From Tubulanus polymorphus (taxonomy: Eukaryota > Animalia > Nemertea): a stretch of 64,000 bases of DNA. Both the position numbers and the translations under genes were made by a program. The stretch covers positions 13,777,062-13,841,061 of the forward strand of contig NC_134034.1 of assembly GCF_964204645.1 (NCBI RefSeq). Direction: 5' to 3'. Shown here piece after piece: positions 45,101-58,976 of the stretch (the first letter of the stretch is position 1; the number at the start of each line of letters is the position of its first letter). The notes under the pieces were generated by a model. That model worked only from the letters and a program-made list of their open reading frames with translations. It had not been told where the DNA came from and searched no databases.

Positions 45101-48100
45101 TATCAATACGCGAAAACAGTTCTTACTCTGATGACGAAATTTAAACGCGACGAAGGTAAGAAAGAGTAGGAAGAGGGGAGGAGGACTTGAGTTCCCTCGG
45201 CAGGTATGAGACTTAACAACAGTGTTAACCCCAACAGGTTTAGCCCAGGTCACGAGTCGGCCACACTTACATGCGGTACCAATCGGATTGCCTGTTGTAT
45301 AATCACTGAGGCAAATACACGGATTGTTATAGATAGAAAAACCCGGGGCTAAGATGAAATGTGATTTCTGATTGGAGGCTGATATTCATGTAAAGGGCAG
45401 GGTTTCAGGCAGTGGCGGAGTCTCGACGATATTCAGACTCGAATCCTTGCTGAGGAAGGGTGTGTCGAGTTCATACTTAAAATGGTTCTAAAACTGATTG
45501 TGATGGAATTTGTTTAAAGAAATTATTGTTTGTTATTATTTCCGGAACAGTCTATGCACCCGACTGGAAAGGGGTGAAAGGTAATGATAATCGTGTGTTG
45601 TTCATGTTTAGAATCAGTAGTTTCTGTTTGATTTCCCCCTCGTTTGCGAATGTTCAAAATCATTACGTTATTAATCAATACTCATGTACAGCCTTTCGAG
45701 TTCCACAGTTGTGAGTTTGAGTTAGAATATTTCATTTTGAAATATTTTACTGTCAATCAAGATTCAAGATTTAACCCACAACTGTGCAACTGGTTTTCAA
45801 TTAGCTTAGGAAACTGTGCAACTGGTTTTCAATTAGCTTAGGAAATTGTTTTAGATTGCAGATACTGCACTTATTTCTATGATCAAGATAATTGAGTAAA
45901 CCGGCGCTGAATTTCAGAAATTCCAATCAAATCTGATTTTATTCGGTTAAACAAAAAATTCATTTTAGATTATATTTAATTTAAATGATTTATCTTTTAT
46001 GTTATACATGTATCATCTTCACTCGTCAAGGGATTCGAACCCACTACACTAAAGCTGTTCCCCGAACCCCTTGACCTCACGAGTCGTTGGAGTCGTTACT
46101 AGCCGACCAGAATCCGGTCGGGCCAATCATAGCGCTTGTAACAAACTGAGCTTCTATTGGTTTTCCCGTTAAATGGACCAATAAGCGAACGTTTTACCGA
46201 ACAAGGAAGTATTTCGCAAATCGATATATGACGTCATACACAACAGCGCCAGTAATGAACTCACGTGTCGTGAGGCCAGGGGGCGCTGGTGGAAGTGAGT
46301 TTCGGGAGCGATACCCACACCCCTGGCAAGCGAGGATGTACATGTTTATGTTTAATCAGAAAAGTATTGCATCAAAAAATCATGAGTTGGAACGAGTTGA
46401 GTTTGAGCAGAGTTTAGAATCAATTGAGAAAAAGAGAATCCGAGAATCTGATTCTTCTAATGACTGAAATGATCAGGATTCGTTTTTATTTCGTATTTCA
46501 GGTAAAGTGTTGATAATCGGTGGAGGAATCGCTAATTTCACGAACGTCGCCGCGACGTTTAAAGGAATCGTTCGCGCTCTACGAGAATACCAGCTGCGTC
46601 TGATCGATCACAGCGTGTCGATATTCGTACGTCGAGGTGGACCGAACTTCCAAGAGGGTCTACGCGTCATGCGGGAACTCGGAGAAACATTAGGTAAACA
46701 TTTCAAACCACGTCTTTAGAAAATATGGCTGCCTACATTAATATTCACAAGTGAAAAACGAAATCAATTTTGTGCGATTATTTGAAACCCTGGGAAAATA
46801 GAAACCAAAACAATTGTTTAATTTTTTAGTGAAATCGATCTATCCTGTTAATGCTGATTGCTGAGGTCTTTGATAGAATATAAAAATCAGGAAGAAATAA
46901 TTTCCTCGATGACTCGTTGAATTTCCGATACTTTTTGCAGGTTTATGAATTAGTTTCTCATCTACGATATTTTTAGGGGTTCCCATCCACGTATTCGGAC
47001 CAGAGACTCACATGACGGCGATCGTCGGTATGGCGCTCGGAAAACGTGAGATCGTTCAACCAAAATACGAGAAACAAATGACCACCGCGAATTTCTTACT
47101 CCCCGGGGCGGTAAGTTGAAACCTAACGCTATAGCTAAATATTGAGATAAAAAGATGATTCGGTTGTTAGGATAAAAAAATTTCCAACGCTTAAATGGAG
47201 TTGATGCAATAAACAATAAACTGAATTGCGATAAGTTTTCTCCAGTCAAATCAGTTCGGGTCGTGTTTGAATCTGATTATTACTGATAACAGCTAATTTC
47301 ACAGGAGGGCAGTTTCATGGAAGTATTGAAGCTTACACCAGTGATATTTTAGATATTAGGAAATATGAAGTGAACGAGATCAAATAAACCAGAAATAAAT
47401 TTGAGACTCTTTTCAAAACCAAAAACTTGAGTTAAGAAAAAAACTCTCTGATTTAAAGCAAAGATTTTAATTTAAAACTCTTTCATGGAACTGGTCCTCA
47501 ACTGGGCTTAAGTAATTCTAATGTCATGCTCGCATTGCCTTAATGATAATCCCACTTGAAATTTGAAAGAAGTTCAAAGTTCAAAAAGGAAGCTCATGGA
47601 TCCAGTTGTGCTATAGTGAAACTGGATCCTGTTATTGGAAGCACTTTTATTAATTAAAGCTGTATTCGATTTTCTATATTCTGCATTTTTTAGCCGAATG
47701 TAAGTAACAAAAAAATAAAGTATTTTAAGCGTGTTCGATGTCCTAATTTATGTTGCACGTAGCTGTGTTATATTCTGGTTTGATTGCTGATAGCTTTAGG
47801 CTTTGTATATATGTATTACAATATAGGGCCCAGTTACACAGACATCACTTATGTAGCATAAAACTGAATAAAGTCTTTGACTTTGTGAGATTTGCTACAG
47901 AACCAAAATGGGCTTAGACTAGTCTTAAGTTATTAGACTGGCTTTAGAACGAAATGGGCTAAGACTAAAGTTGTTAGATTGGCTGTATGACCACAGTGAC
48001 ATCAGACTGGTCCTAACTCTATATAAGTCTTGACTTTGTAACTGGTCGCTGAAATTAATGTAACTTTGAGACCTGCTAAGAATTTGCCATTTCAAATATG

Positions 48101-51100
48101 TCATCTAATTCACAAATGCCTAACTAATATATAGATAAGCTTCTCGTGTATATCTTGTATTTGCTGGATTCCACAGTAAAGTGTTAAATGCTACTTCTTT
48201 TTCGTTCATGTTCCATTAATCTTTATTTTACGCCAATTTTATCTCTTATATTAATGTTTTTGGTGTAAAGTTATTTGTATTCAGTAAGTGGCTATTGTTT
48301 TTCCGATTCGAACCTGTATAACTCTTTGAACGGGCAATCGGGATTTGCTTAGCCGCATTTGAATTTAGTATCATCTCTTATTTTACGAAAATTAGAATTT
48401 CAACTACTTACCTAGAATATTGTCAATGAAAAAAGATAAGATTAATTTTGGCAGATTTATATCTCTGGTTACGTAAGCCGACAGCTGCATATCAGAACTT
48501 CTCGGTTAAAAATGAAAATTTTGAATAACCGAAAATCTAAATCGATATGTAATTAACTTTTCATCCATTTTTCAGTCGAGCGGTGGAAGAAGCCGAGCGA
48601 TGTCCGGTGACTTGGAACCGAAATCGCCGAATCGTGCTGCCGCGCAACACGGCAATAATTCAACCAGTTCGACCGGTGGCGCCACCTGCGGGATGCCGTC
48701 GAAGTTATTCACTAATCGTACAAAGTGTATAATTTGGGGAATGCAGCCTCGCGCCGTTCAGGGAATGCTCGATTTCGATCATGTCTGCTCGCGTAAAGAG
48801 CCGTCTGTCGTCGCGATGATTTATCCATTCACGTGAGTACAATTAGTTATCAACCACCAGCTGACCTCACCAGATGGCGTGCTTGGCAGTAGGACATACT
48901 TATTTTAATGCCACCAGATGGCGTGCTTGGCAGTAGGACATACTTATTTTAAGGCCACCAGATGGCGTGCTTGGCAGTAGGACATACTTATTTTAATGCC
49001 ACCAGATGGCGTGCTTGGCAGTAGGATAATCTTATTTTAAGGCCACCAGATGGCGAGCTTGCATTCATTTGTTTCAACTAGAAGTGCGTTGTTTTCTCTT
49101 CAGCGGTGATCATAAGCAGAAGTTTTACTGGGGACATAAAGAGATATTGATTAATATCTATAAGAGTATGGATGATGCGATGAAGAAACATCCGGATGCC
49201 GATACATTGATCAGTTTCGCTTCATTGAGATCAGCGTATGAGAGTACATTAGAAACACTTCAATATAAACAGGTCAGTCTCTCACTGGCTGTTTAATTCG
49301 ATGATGTGTTATATTCCACCTCATACGTCATAAATTGTTTCTCTGCTGTAGATTCGAACTATAGCGATTATTGCTGAAGGAATCCCGGAGAATTTAACCA
49401 GACAATTGAATAAAACAGCCGCCGAAAAGGGGGTCACCATCATCGGCCCAGCGACGGTAAGTCTGAGTCATTTGTCGCGGATATTTATGCGGAGATATAT
49501 TTTTCGCTGGTATTTTATTTCTGTGTATGTGTTATTTCACAGGTCGGTGGTATTAAACCTGGTTGTTTTAAGATCGGTAATACAGGAGGAATGTTGGATA
49601 ATATTCTATCATCAAAGCTCTACAGACCAGGAAGGTAAATATTCACATCTATTGTGTAGGATACTGGATACACGTCTATTAGTTACTTATATTGTACAAT
49701 GTTTGACTGGTGCTGCCATCTTTCAATAGACATTATAACTAATTAACAATTACATGGATACACCGCGTAACGCAGTACTAGCAAAGTCCATTACCAGTTT
49801 ATACACCGCACCAAAAGGGTTAAGAGGGTTTTAGATTCGTAATGCCTAATCGTATCTTTGTTTTAGTGTTGCTTACGTGTCGCGGTCCGGAGGAATGTCG
49901 AATGAACTGAACAATATAATCGGTATGAACACGGACGGTGTGTACGAGGGCGTCGCGATCGGTGGTGACCGTTACCCGGGTACCACGTTCCTCGATCACA
50001 TCATGCGATACAACGCCGACCCAGAAATCAAAATGATCGTCATTCTCGGCGAGGTCGGCGGCACCGAAGAGTACAAGATCGTCGAAAATATTAAAAACGG
50101 CACGATCGCCAAACCGATTGTGGCGTGGTGTATCGGAACGTGCGCCAAAATGTTCACGTCGGAGGTACAGTTCGGACACGCCGGCTCGTGCGCCCAAGCC
50201 GACGCCGAGACAGCGACCGCCAAGAATCAAGCGTTGAAAAGCGCAGGCGCCTCGGTTCCGAATACCTTTGATGAACTCGGTGAAATCATCAAGTAAGTTT
50301 CATCAATTAGTCATTAATTGGATTGATTAATTAGCACTTAATTGATTTAAGATTTAATAAAGAATAATATAATTAATATATTACCGGTAAGTGTCACTTA
50401 TAAATTGTCTGCTAACCCACTAGATCATACTAAGATTACCTTGTAGATGGCGACACTGTCTATCCCATTGTGAAGCGATTCAAATCGTATCATCTGCTAC
50501 CCATGGGATTGATTTTACCCTATAGCTGGCGCCACTGTCTGTATCACTGTGAAGCAGTACGCAGTCGCAGTAGATTTAATTAAGCTCCTTTAATTAAACT
50601 CTACAGATTTCACTGTTATTTTTTCACTTTCACAGGAGTGTTTATGAGAAATTGTTGGCTGACGGTGCCATAGTACCGAGAGAAGAGGTACCCCCTCCTA
50701 CCGTACCCATGGACTACGCTTGGGCCAGAGTAAGTTATCCACTGGGCAGTTTCTGCGTTTAGATTCAGGGCATAGGCGGGCTTTAGTCTTAAGACTAGCT
50801 TGAATATATAATTAGAGCGAGTTAGATTCGCTTTAAGCCTTATAGGATTTATGAGAACTGTGGCCAGAAGTTGTATGTTTGTGAAGGCAAGCGTAGATTG
50901 AGAATTGCACGTTTAGTTGTATTATTTGCAGGAGTTGGGGTTGATTCGTAAACCGGCGTCGTTTATGACGAGTATCTGCGATGAACGAGGACAGGAATTA
51001 CTTTACGCCGGTATGCCGATTACTGAAGTGTTTAGTCAAGATATAGGTCTCGGGGGCGTGCTGTCTTTATTGTGGTTTCAACGCAGGTACGTTTCAGTAA

Positions 51101-54100
51101 ACCACTCTCTCCGCTTGATTTCACAGTACAGTCCCTATTTGATGAATGTTGAACTTGCGACCAATTCCGCAGTTGTGAGTTAGAGTTAACTCTGAGTTTA
51201 AGTTAGCTCATTTTCAATCAGTTAACTCAGAGGTAAATCTTAACTCGGAACTGTGGAACTGGACCCTGTAGTTTCGAAGATATCATTAAAGTTTTCTCTG
51301 TTGATGCGTCAAGGTTACCGAAATACGCGACAAAGTTTATCGAGATGTGTTTGATGGTGACTGCCGATCACGGACCCGCAGTCTCCGGTGCTCACAACAC
51401 GATTGTCTGCGCACGCGCCGGAAAAGACTTGATCTCGTGTTTAACTTCAGGATTACTCACTATCGTAAGTACAGTCCGAGTCCGAGTCCGAACGGCTTAA
51501 CGCTGTGTATAGAAGTTTTAAAAAAGCATTGAGCGCCACCAGTGTTGACATTAGAATTAAATTCGATACATAACAAAATTGAAAAGGCTTCCCTAATGGT
51601 GAAAGGATAGGGAGTTGACGTATTTGACCAGTTGTGTTATACGAGATACAGTTACTCAGACCTCTGCAGGTTCAGAGCTATTCTCATTTCCCACATCACG
51701 TCTAACTGCTTAACATCTACATTAGGAATGTAGGCCTACATTATATCCAGACTTTGTTCTATTCATAGTAAGTCACGGTGCCCATCTTGTGCCTAACCTG
51801 GTGTTTAAGCCCCTGGTAGGCACTACCCCTGCGAACATAAATCATAATATACATCACTAATCAATCAATCAATCACATAAACATTTATATAGCGCCTGTT
51901 CCACTAATGCAGTCTTCACCGGCATCACTAAAACATGGAATTGGAATTACGATGGAATGTTCGTATTTTTTCAGGGAGATCGTTTCGGTGGAGCTCTGGA
52001 CGCAGCCGCGAAACAATTCATGGAAGCTTACGATAACGGTGAACATCCGATGGAGTTTGTTAACGGAATGCGTAAAAAAGGTCAACTGATTATGGGTATC
52101 GGTCATCGCGTTAAATCGGTACGTTTTACCTTTGGAATCCTCGTAGACTTGCATTTTATTTTTCAATTTTCCATGTTCTTTAATGGCATACAGAGTTCCC
52201 TGATTGTCAACTCGGTGAAATATTTACAGCAGTCCCAACACGCTACCGAGTTCCCTGATTCTCAACTCGGTGAAATATTTACAGCAGTCCCAACACGTTA
52301 CCGAGTTCCCTGATTCTCAACTCAGTGAAATATTTACAGCAGTCCCAACACGCTACCGAGTTCCCTGATTCTCAACTCGGTGAAATATTTACAGTTCCAA
52401 TGCTTCTCATTGAATATTTGTAGTTCCCTGATTCTCATGTTCTTTTTTGTTATATTCTAGATTAATAACCCGGACATGAGAGTAGTCATCTTGAAAAACT
52501 ACGCGAAGGAACACTTCCCGTCGACTCCTCTGTTGGACTACGCTTTTGAAGTTGAAAAAATCACCACCTCTAAGGTAAGATAATAGACATCACACTAGTG
52601 ACACCTGGTGGATACTGGAGAGACTGTCGATGTAGCGATGACTTGCACCGAGGTGCAAAGTGCCACAAAATTCAGATTTAGCAGTTTGAAATAATTTTCT
52701 TTTCTCCGTTGTTTCCAGAAACCGAATCTCATCTTTAACGTCGATGGTTTTATCGGTGTCGCGATGGTCGATTTACTGAGAAACTGTCAATGTTTTACAC
52801 GGTGAGTAGATATTAACTGTTAGAAATCCAGAACTCAGTTCCATGATTTCCGAGAACTTGTGACCCCCACTCCTGACCGAGTTATAGTCATATATAAAGT
52901 TTGTCGTAATTTCAGGGAGGAAGCACAAGAGTATATTGAAATAGGAACTTTGAACGGATTGTTTGTACTCGGTCGCAGTATGGGATTCATCGGTAAGTTC
53001 AGCACCGACACCTCCCACCCCTTCCTGTCCTCATCCGCTTACCTTACACCCCTTCAGCAAACAGTTAACACCATCAACAGACTTTTCTAATAAAGATGAC
53101 TACCTCCTTAAAATCTGTCCCTCAATGACATCAGGGAATACCATTTATTTTTGAACTGACCTTTTGAACTTTAAACCAGCAATTTGGGGATGTCATCAGG
53201 GATTTTCAGAGGGGGAAGTAGACATTTTTCCAAGAAAGGTCCTATGAAGACCCTGGCACCAGGTGGCATCCGAAGCGTGGCCAGGATTTTAAAAGTTGTA
53301 GAGGCAAAAATATAAAATACATGTATTTTATCATTATATAAATATTTTGAGAGTTGATACATATAACTAATTTAGACTCTTAGACTCGTCCGGCATGTGA
53401 TGTGAATTGATTTAAATCAAAAGGTGTTTTAAAAATGGTGAACTTTGCCAAAACAGTTACAAAGCTTCAAAATACTGGCTGCGCCCCTGTGCATTACTGT
53501 CATATCCCAATATTAATGTGGTGTACATTAGAATTAGTCGCTGTCTTCGCAGTTTGTTTCTGATTCGAACGATTGAATTATATTTTACCAAATGAAATTC
53601 TGAAGTAGATTTAATTTGATTTTTTTGTGGAAATGATACAGTGTTCGTATATATCACGGTTAATGTTTCCTACATCTATAGCTCCTGATTCTTCAAATGC
53701 CTCGTTATTCTGAAGCTTTCGTTTACAGCTCGGATATAGGTTTCTACAATTGCGGGAGATTTATTTTTCCAATTCCACAGTTGCGTGGAATCAATTCGAA
53801 CCTGGATTCTATGTATTTCGAAGTTGTTTTGGTTTGATATCATGCGGGGGCCGGTTGCTCAAAAGTTGGTTAAAGATAACCGACCGTTGAATACCATAGT
53901 AACAATGAAATTTCAATTGTCACCATATCAACTATCCACTGGTTAACTCTAACCAACTTTTGAGCAACCGGCCCCAGCTGTACTTTAACTCACAACAGTT
54001 GAAGTTAACTTTTTGATCAGACAAAACCATTTGACATTTGGCACCTTCATCCGAGCTGTATATGTACGTGTAGTTCGTCTGCTGTAGTACATGTAAACAC

Positions 54101-55003
54101 ATGCATGTTTGTACATGTTCATGTTTGTACATGTACCGTCTGCTGCATGGTTGTACGGCTGTTTTCTCGTTGTTTCCGTTTACTAGGACATTATTTGGAC
54201 CAGGTTCGTATGAAACAGGGTCTCTATCGACACCCGTGGGACGATATCGATTATATTCTGCCGGAAGGACACGAAATGCCGCAACAATAAACCGATCAAC
54301 GGGCAGACGTGGTTTGTATGTTTGAACATTCGTATTTAACAGTTTTCTAACCGGGCTTTGCAAAGTTTTGGATAATGGGAATTTTTTTCCAGGCCCTTGA
54401 AAGCTATAGGAATTCAGTTTTTTTTCTCTATATTGAGAAAGTGTCGAAAATCGGTTAATGGTCTCAATATGAAATTTTCCTTGTGTTTAGAATTTTTAGA
54501 ACACATTTAATGACAAACTTTATGAAAACTCTTGGTCGATGGTATTGATAATTGGTACTTATTTCCGTTGAATGGACCTAGACATAGCTTGTTCTAGGTT
54601 CGGGATGTGTAACTTAGGGGTATGGAAAAGTTACGGAATATGAAATTGGGAAACCCGTAAGAACCCTGAATTAAATAGTCATCGAGTGTTTTTACAAACC
54701 TGGACCCAGTTCCACGGTTCAGAGTTGGAAATATTACTTAAACGTTGAACTGCGGAACTGGCTTCAGAGTATGGTTGAATTGAGTTTGACGACTAACAGC
54801 TTTTATCACTTTCATTCTGTAACTTGTGAATTTAATTTGTTGAAAGTTTCGCAAGAATTTTATCGTATTTTTTTCATGATTGACTTTCAGGACATTATTT
54901 GGATCAGAAGCGTTTGAAACAAGGTCTTTACAGACATCCGTGGGACGATATCTCTTACATCATGCCTGAATCCGATCAAACCAACGAACAACAGCAGCAA
55001 TAA
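42115..55003 (+). CDS. ACLY: ATP-citrate lyase, full-length single-chain animal type, about 22 coding exons
   Basis: MSAKAI.., [66 protein letters not shown], phospho-His motif [39 protein letters not shown]. Confidence 0.98.
44588..44862. repeat. ~65-bp intronic tandem repeat, ~4 copies
   Basis: cccctatgacatc...agaccctttcaaaaaatatgtctgcc repeated. Confidence 0.85.
47694..47699 (+). CDS. ACLY: Candidate 6-nt ACLY microexon (CCGAAT, Pro-Asn)
   Basis: ttctgcattttttag|CCGAAT|gtaagt inside a phase-0 intron (47111-48575); frame-preserving. Confidence 0.55.
48868..49056. repeat. 44-bp intronic tandem repeat, ~4 copies
   Basis: ccaccagatggcgtgcttggcagtaggacatacttattttaa repeated. Confidence 0.9.
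52194..52436. repeat. 55-bp intronic tandem repeat, ~4 copies
   Basis: gagttccctgattctcaactcggtgaaatatttacagcagtcccaacacgctacc repeated. Confidence 0.9.
53847..53975. mobile_element. MITE, possibly PIF/Harbinger-like
   Basis: ggggccggttgctcaaaagttggtta ... taaccaacttttgagcaaccggcccc, perfect 26-bp TIR. Confidence 0.8.
54187..54290 (+). CDS. ACLY: Alternative (proximal, divergent) ACLY terminal exon: [34 protein letters not shown]
   Basis: Pyrimidine-rich acceptor, same phase as the distal exon 54891-55003, intact frame and many synonymous differences from it. Confidence 0.8.
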
Positions 55004-56875
55004 AAACCGATCCAGCGTTCGGTAAAACATGGCTTTCAACGATCAACCGCTTGTTAGAAAGAAAAAGAAGCGACTAGTATCAAAAATAGGTGTATTGTAC
55101 TTGAAAATCTTATTTTAGCAAATAGATATTCTTCTAAATTCAAAATAGGTACCTTGGATACTAAACGATCTGGTGGCCTCAATTTGCATTTCGAATGATT
55201 TATGATGAAATATTTGGATCAATTCTTTGTATTGTATTTTTAGTCCCCTGTATAAAACACTTCTACGCTTCGTTTTATATCAAACGGGTTTTTGTTATGC
55301 AGGATTTTTTCGTCAAAATTAGAATTAGGATTTGAATCGAATGGGTGAAAAATATTCCAGCTACCCTAGTAGCTATTTCTGTAGAAATCTGTTTCGTAGA
55401 GGAAGGGCGTGTATGTTCAGGGACTATTCGACCTATTGCAACATTTGTCACCCCAGAATTCTATACTTCCTGTCTATTTTGACCAATCGTAATTGAGATG
55501 TAAACAGCAATAACCGACCGAACATTCCAATGTTTGATATATTTTAGAATATTCGCGTTGTTTATTTATACGTTAATTAAATTCTTCGATATATTTGGGA
55601 AAGATTTATTTCTGCTTCTCGGAAATATGTAATCATTCTATCGGGGCTTTGAAATTGTAGCTAGAATCTTGATAATGATTTGTAAGTTTGTGTATAGATC
55701 TATGTTTCGGGCTGGTTGGAGGAAAATGTGCCGTCAGGGCAACATAGGAATGGTGGGGTGTAACAGGGGGAAAATGGGGTATGGAAACTGGAGCTAAATA
55801 TTGGATTTCTGATTCTGCTTGATTCGGTGATCGACTTCTCGATCTGAAAGCATATTACAGTAAAAACCCCGCTTAATCCGGATCATTTTGGAACTGATGA
55901 CATTTTTAAGGTCTATGAAAAATTCCGGATTAATAACACCGGATTAAACGTTAATTTTACATGTCGTGTACATGTATGTACGTACATGGCGACTGTAAAA
56001 TGATAACTGGATCAGATCAAAATCATGTCGAGATTGATCCGGATTTAAAGCGGGTTCCGCTGTAATATACGTAATCAGTGCTAAGTGAAAGACTACTATG
56101 CCAAACTCGAAATCCACTCACAGGGCTACAATGAATCCCCTCACAGTCAGTAGGTTTAACGCCTTTCTCATTAATCAGAGAACTCTCACCATAAAAACAG
56201 TTTTTGAGATATGATTTGTTAGATTAAACAGCAGACTTGCTCTGATTGGCTGAGACGCCTCTCGGTCTTTAGATAATTTTTCAAAAGTTGAATAAAGTTG
56301 ATGCATTGTTCAAGGTTAAACCACTGCTATGATGGGATTCTTCTGCTCCTGGACTCGAATCCACTCAACTCCTCTTAACAGAGGAGATATATCAATATAT
56401 ATCTGAATATTAATATCACATGTTGTCATTCGTGATTGATGTGTAGTAAATAGCTATAGGATTTCATCGATGTTAGAGGGTAGAGATGGATGTTTACTGT
56501 AATATAGTATAGGCTCCAGATCCGAATGTGCGATACAAGGTTTCGTGGGCCGTACGTGGTCTTTATCTTAAGACCATTTAAAATTGCTCCTAGGACTCAG
56601 ATTCACAGTTGTAAGAAGTGTGTCTGCACTAAACTGCGCAACTGGACATTCTAATCATGGCTCCCTGTTATATCTCAATCTGAAATCAATGTTGTACGAA
56701 TCAGCCGCATTTTTTTATTTCGAGAAATTGTTAAGTCTCAAAAACCTATCTAGTATTCGTCGGTGTCGTGGTTCGGCCTTTTTCTATCCCAACTCATCTT
56801 TATTAATCTTCCGAGTGAAAATTACTGCAGTATTTATTGTATTGTTCTCTATCTGATGTGCTATACTGTTTTATG

Positions 56876-57093
56876 CAGGGTCCGATCTCGGGAATGAAGG
56901 CCACTTGCCCGTGAGTACTGTTTTGCATATCTGAAATGTCACTTGCCCCCTCAAAAATCAACTGTTGGCACTAAATCATCCGTTGTTATCAATAGGGAAA
57001 AAGCCTTGAGACATAAAAATGCAGCGGACAATTAATTGATAATGATTACCTACGTGCCCCGGGCAATCGGACAAGCCCTTAGATCGGACCCTG
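56876..57093. mobile_element. MITE with 13-bp TIRs; related partial copy at ~31005-31228
   Basis: cagggtccgatct ... agatcggaccctg; internal sequence is shared with the copy in intron 1 of pip copy B. Confidence 0.75.
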
Positions 57094-58059
57094 AAATCAT
57101 AATAACCTACTAAATGTGCTCTGTTACTAGTTTAAAAGCCAGTCAAACTGATTTTATCATTCTTAATAATTCATGTATAATGTGGCTGTTGTCTGTTTGT
57201 ATCAGACTTATCTATTTATGTTATATGCGTGCGTTTAGTGAAACTTGCTTAATCTGCATAATTTGGGACCAATGAAATTCATCCGATTTATGAGAAATCT
57301 GGATTAAAGACTAAATGAAAATGATTCCTTCGCACTTAGGGTCACGTGTGGCTTATAGTATGGTCTAGTACATGTATAGATCAGTTGATGTATTCTAAGC
57401 TGGTGTTGATCAGTAAGAGTTTATAGTAAGTGTTTGAGAATGGATCTGCAATCACTGGAACCATCCCCTACTGTAATATAGCCTGTAGATCAGGGGTCAC
57501 TTTCCACGTGACTACACCAGAGAGATTTCTAGGCTTAACGCGTTACAATCATTGAATCATGTACTGATAAATATCATTATCCGAGTATTCCAGGATTTTT
57601 GGTAAAATGTGTTAAATTCCCTGTTACTAACTAATGGGCACTACTAATGGGGGTGGGTCCAGAGAGCGGATTGGTACCTATATGCTAGTCTATCTTCAAT
57701 CTTCTCAGTGGTTTAGCAATTATTTCATGACTCAATCATTATTAGCCAGTTGTCAACAGTGTAATTCTGAATGGTTTCACACGATTTGAAACATATCTAA
57801 TAAAAAGATGTAAATGTATTTCTTATAAATGAAATGTATCTCTTGTCGGGTAATAAATTAAAATATATTATTAGTCATTGTTAAAATTAGCAGCAAGAAA
57901 TAAAGCGTAAAAAATGGGAAAAGTACAATCATTACATTGTATTAAACGAGTTAGTTTGTGTTTTTCTCTTGTCGGGCAAAGTCTGAAGGGAAAGTGTCAG
58001 CCGGGATTCAACCATCGCGCTGGACTCAGCCACTAGACTGGTTGCCGGAATACCTCGAT

Positions 58060-58976
58060 ACTAGACTGGTCGCCTGTCCAATTCGGCGCCACCTGCATAA
58101 CCCTAACCTTAGACTGGTCGCCTGTCCAATTCTGCGCCACCTGCATAACCCTAACCCTAGACTGGTCGCCTGTCCAATTCGGCGCCACCTGCATAACCAT
58201 AACCCTAGACTGGTCGCCTGTCCAATTCTGCGCCACCTGCATAACCCTAACCCTAGACTGGTCGCCTGTCCAATTCGGCGCCACCTGCATAACCCTAACC
58301 CTAGACTGGTCGCCTGTCCAATTCGGCGCCACCTGCATAACCCTAACCCTAGACTGGTCGCCTGTCCAATTCGGCGCCACCTGCATAACCCTAACCCTAG
58401 ACTGGTCGCCAGTCCAATTCGGCGCCACCTGCATAACCATAACCCTAGACTGGTCGCCTGTCCAATTCGGCGCCACCTGCATAACCCTAACCTTAGACTG
58501 GTCGCCTGTCCAATTCTGCGCCACCTGCATAACCCTAACCCTAGACTGGTCGCCTGTCCAATTCGGCGCCACCTGCATAACCATAACCCTAGACTGGTCG
58601 CCTGTCCAATTCTGCGCCACCTGCATAACCCTAACCCTAGACTGGTCGCCTGTCCAATTCGGCGCCACCTGCATAACCCTAACCCTAGACTGGTCGCCTG
58701 TCCAATTCGGCGCCACCTGCATAACCCTAACCCTAGACTGGTCGCCAGTCCAATTCGGCGCCACCTGCATAACCCTAACCCTAGACTGGTCGCCTGTCCA
58801 ATTCGGCGCCACCTGCATAACCCTAACCCTAGACTGGTCGCCAGTCCAATTCGGCGCCACCTGCATAACCCTAACCCTAGACTGGTCGCCAGTCCAATTC
58901 GGCGCCACCTGCATAACCCTAACCCTAGACTGGTCGCCTGTCCAATTCGGCGCCACCTGCATAACCCTAACCCTAG
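58060..58976. repeat. 48-bp satellite, ~19 copies, each with two telomere-like TAACCC units
   Basis: ctagactggtcgcctgtccaattcggcgccacctgcataaccctaacc in tandem. Confidence 0.97.
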
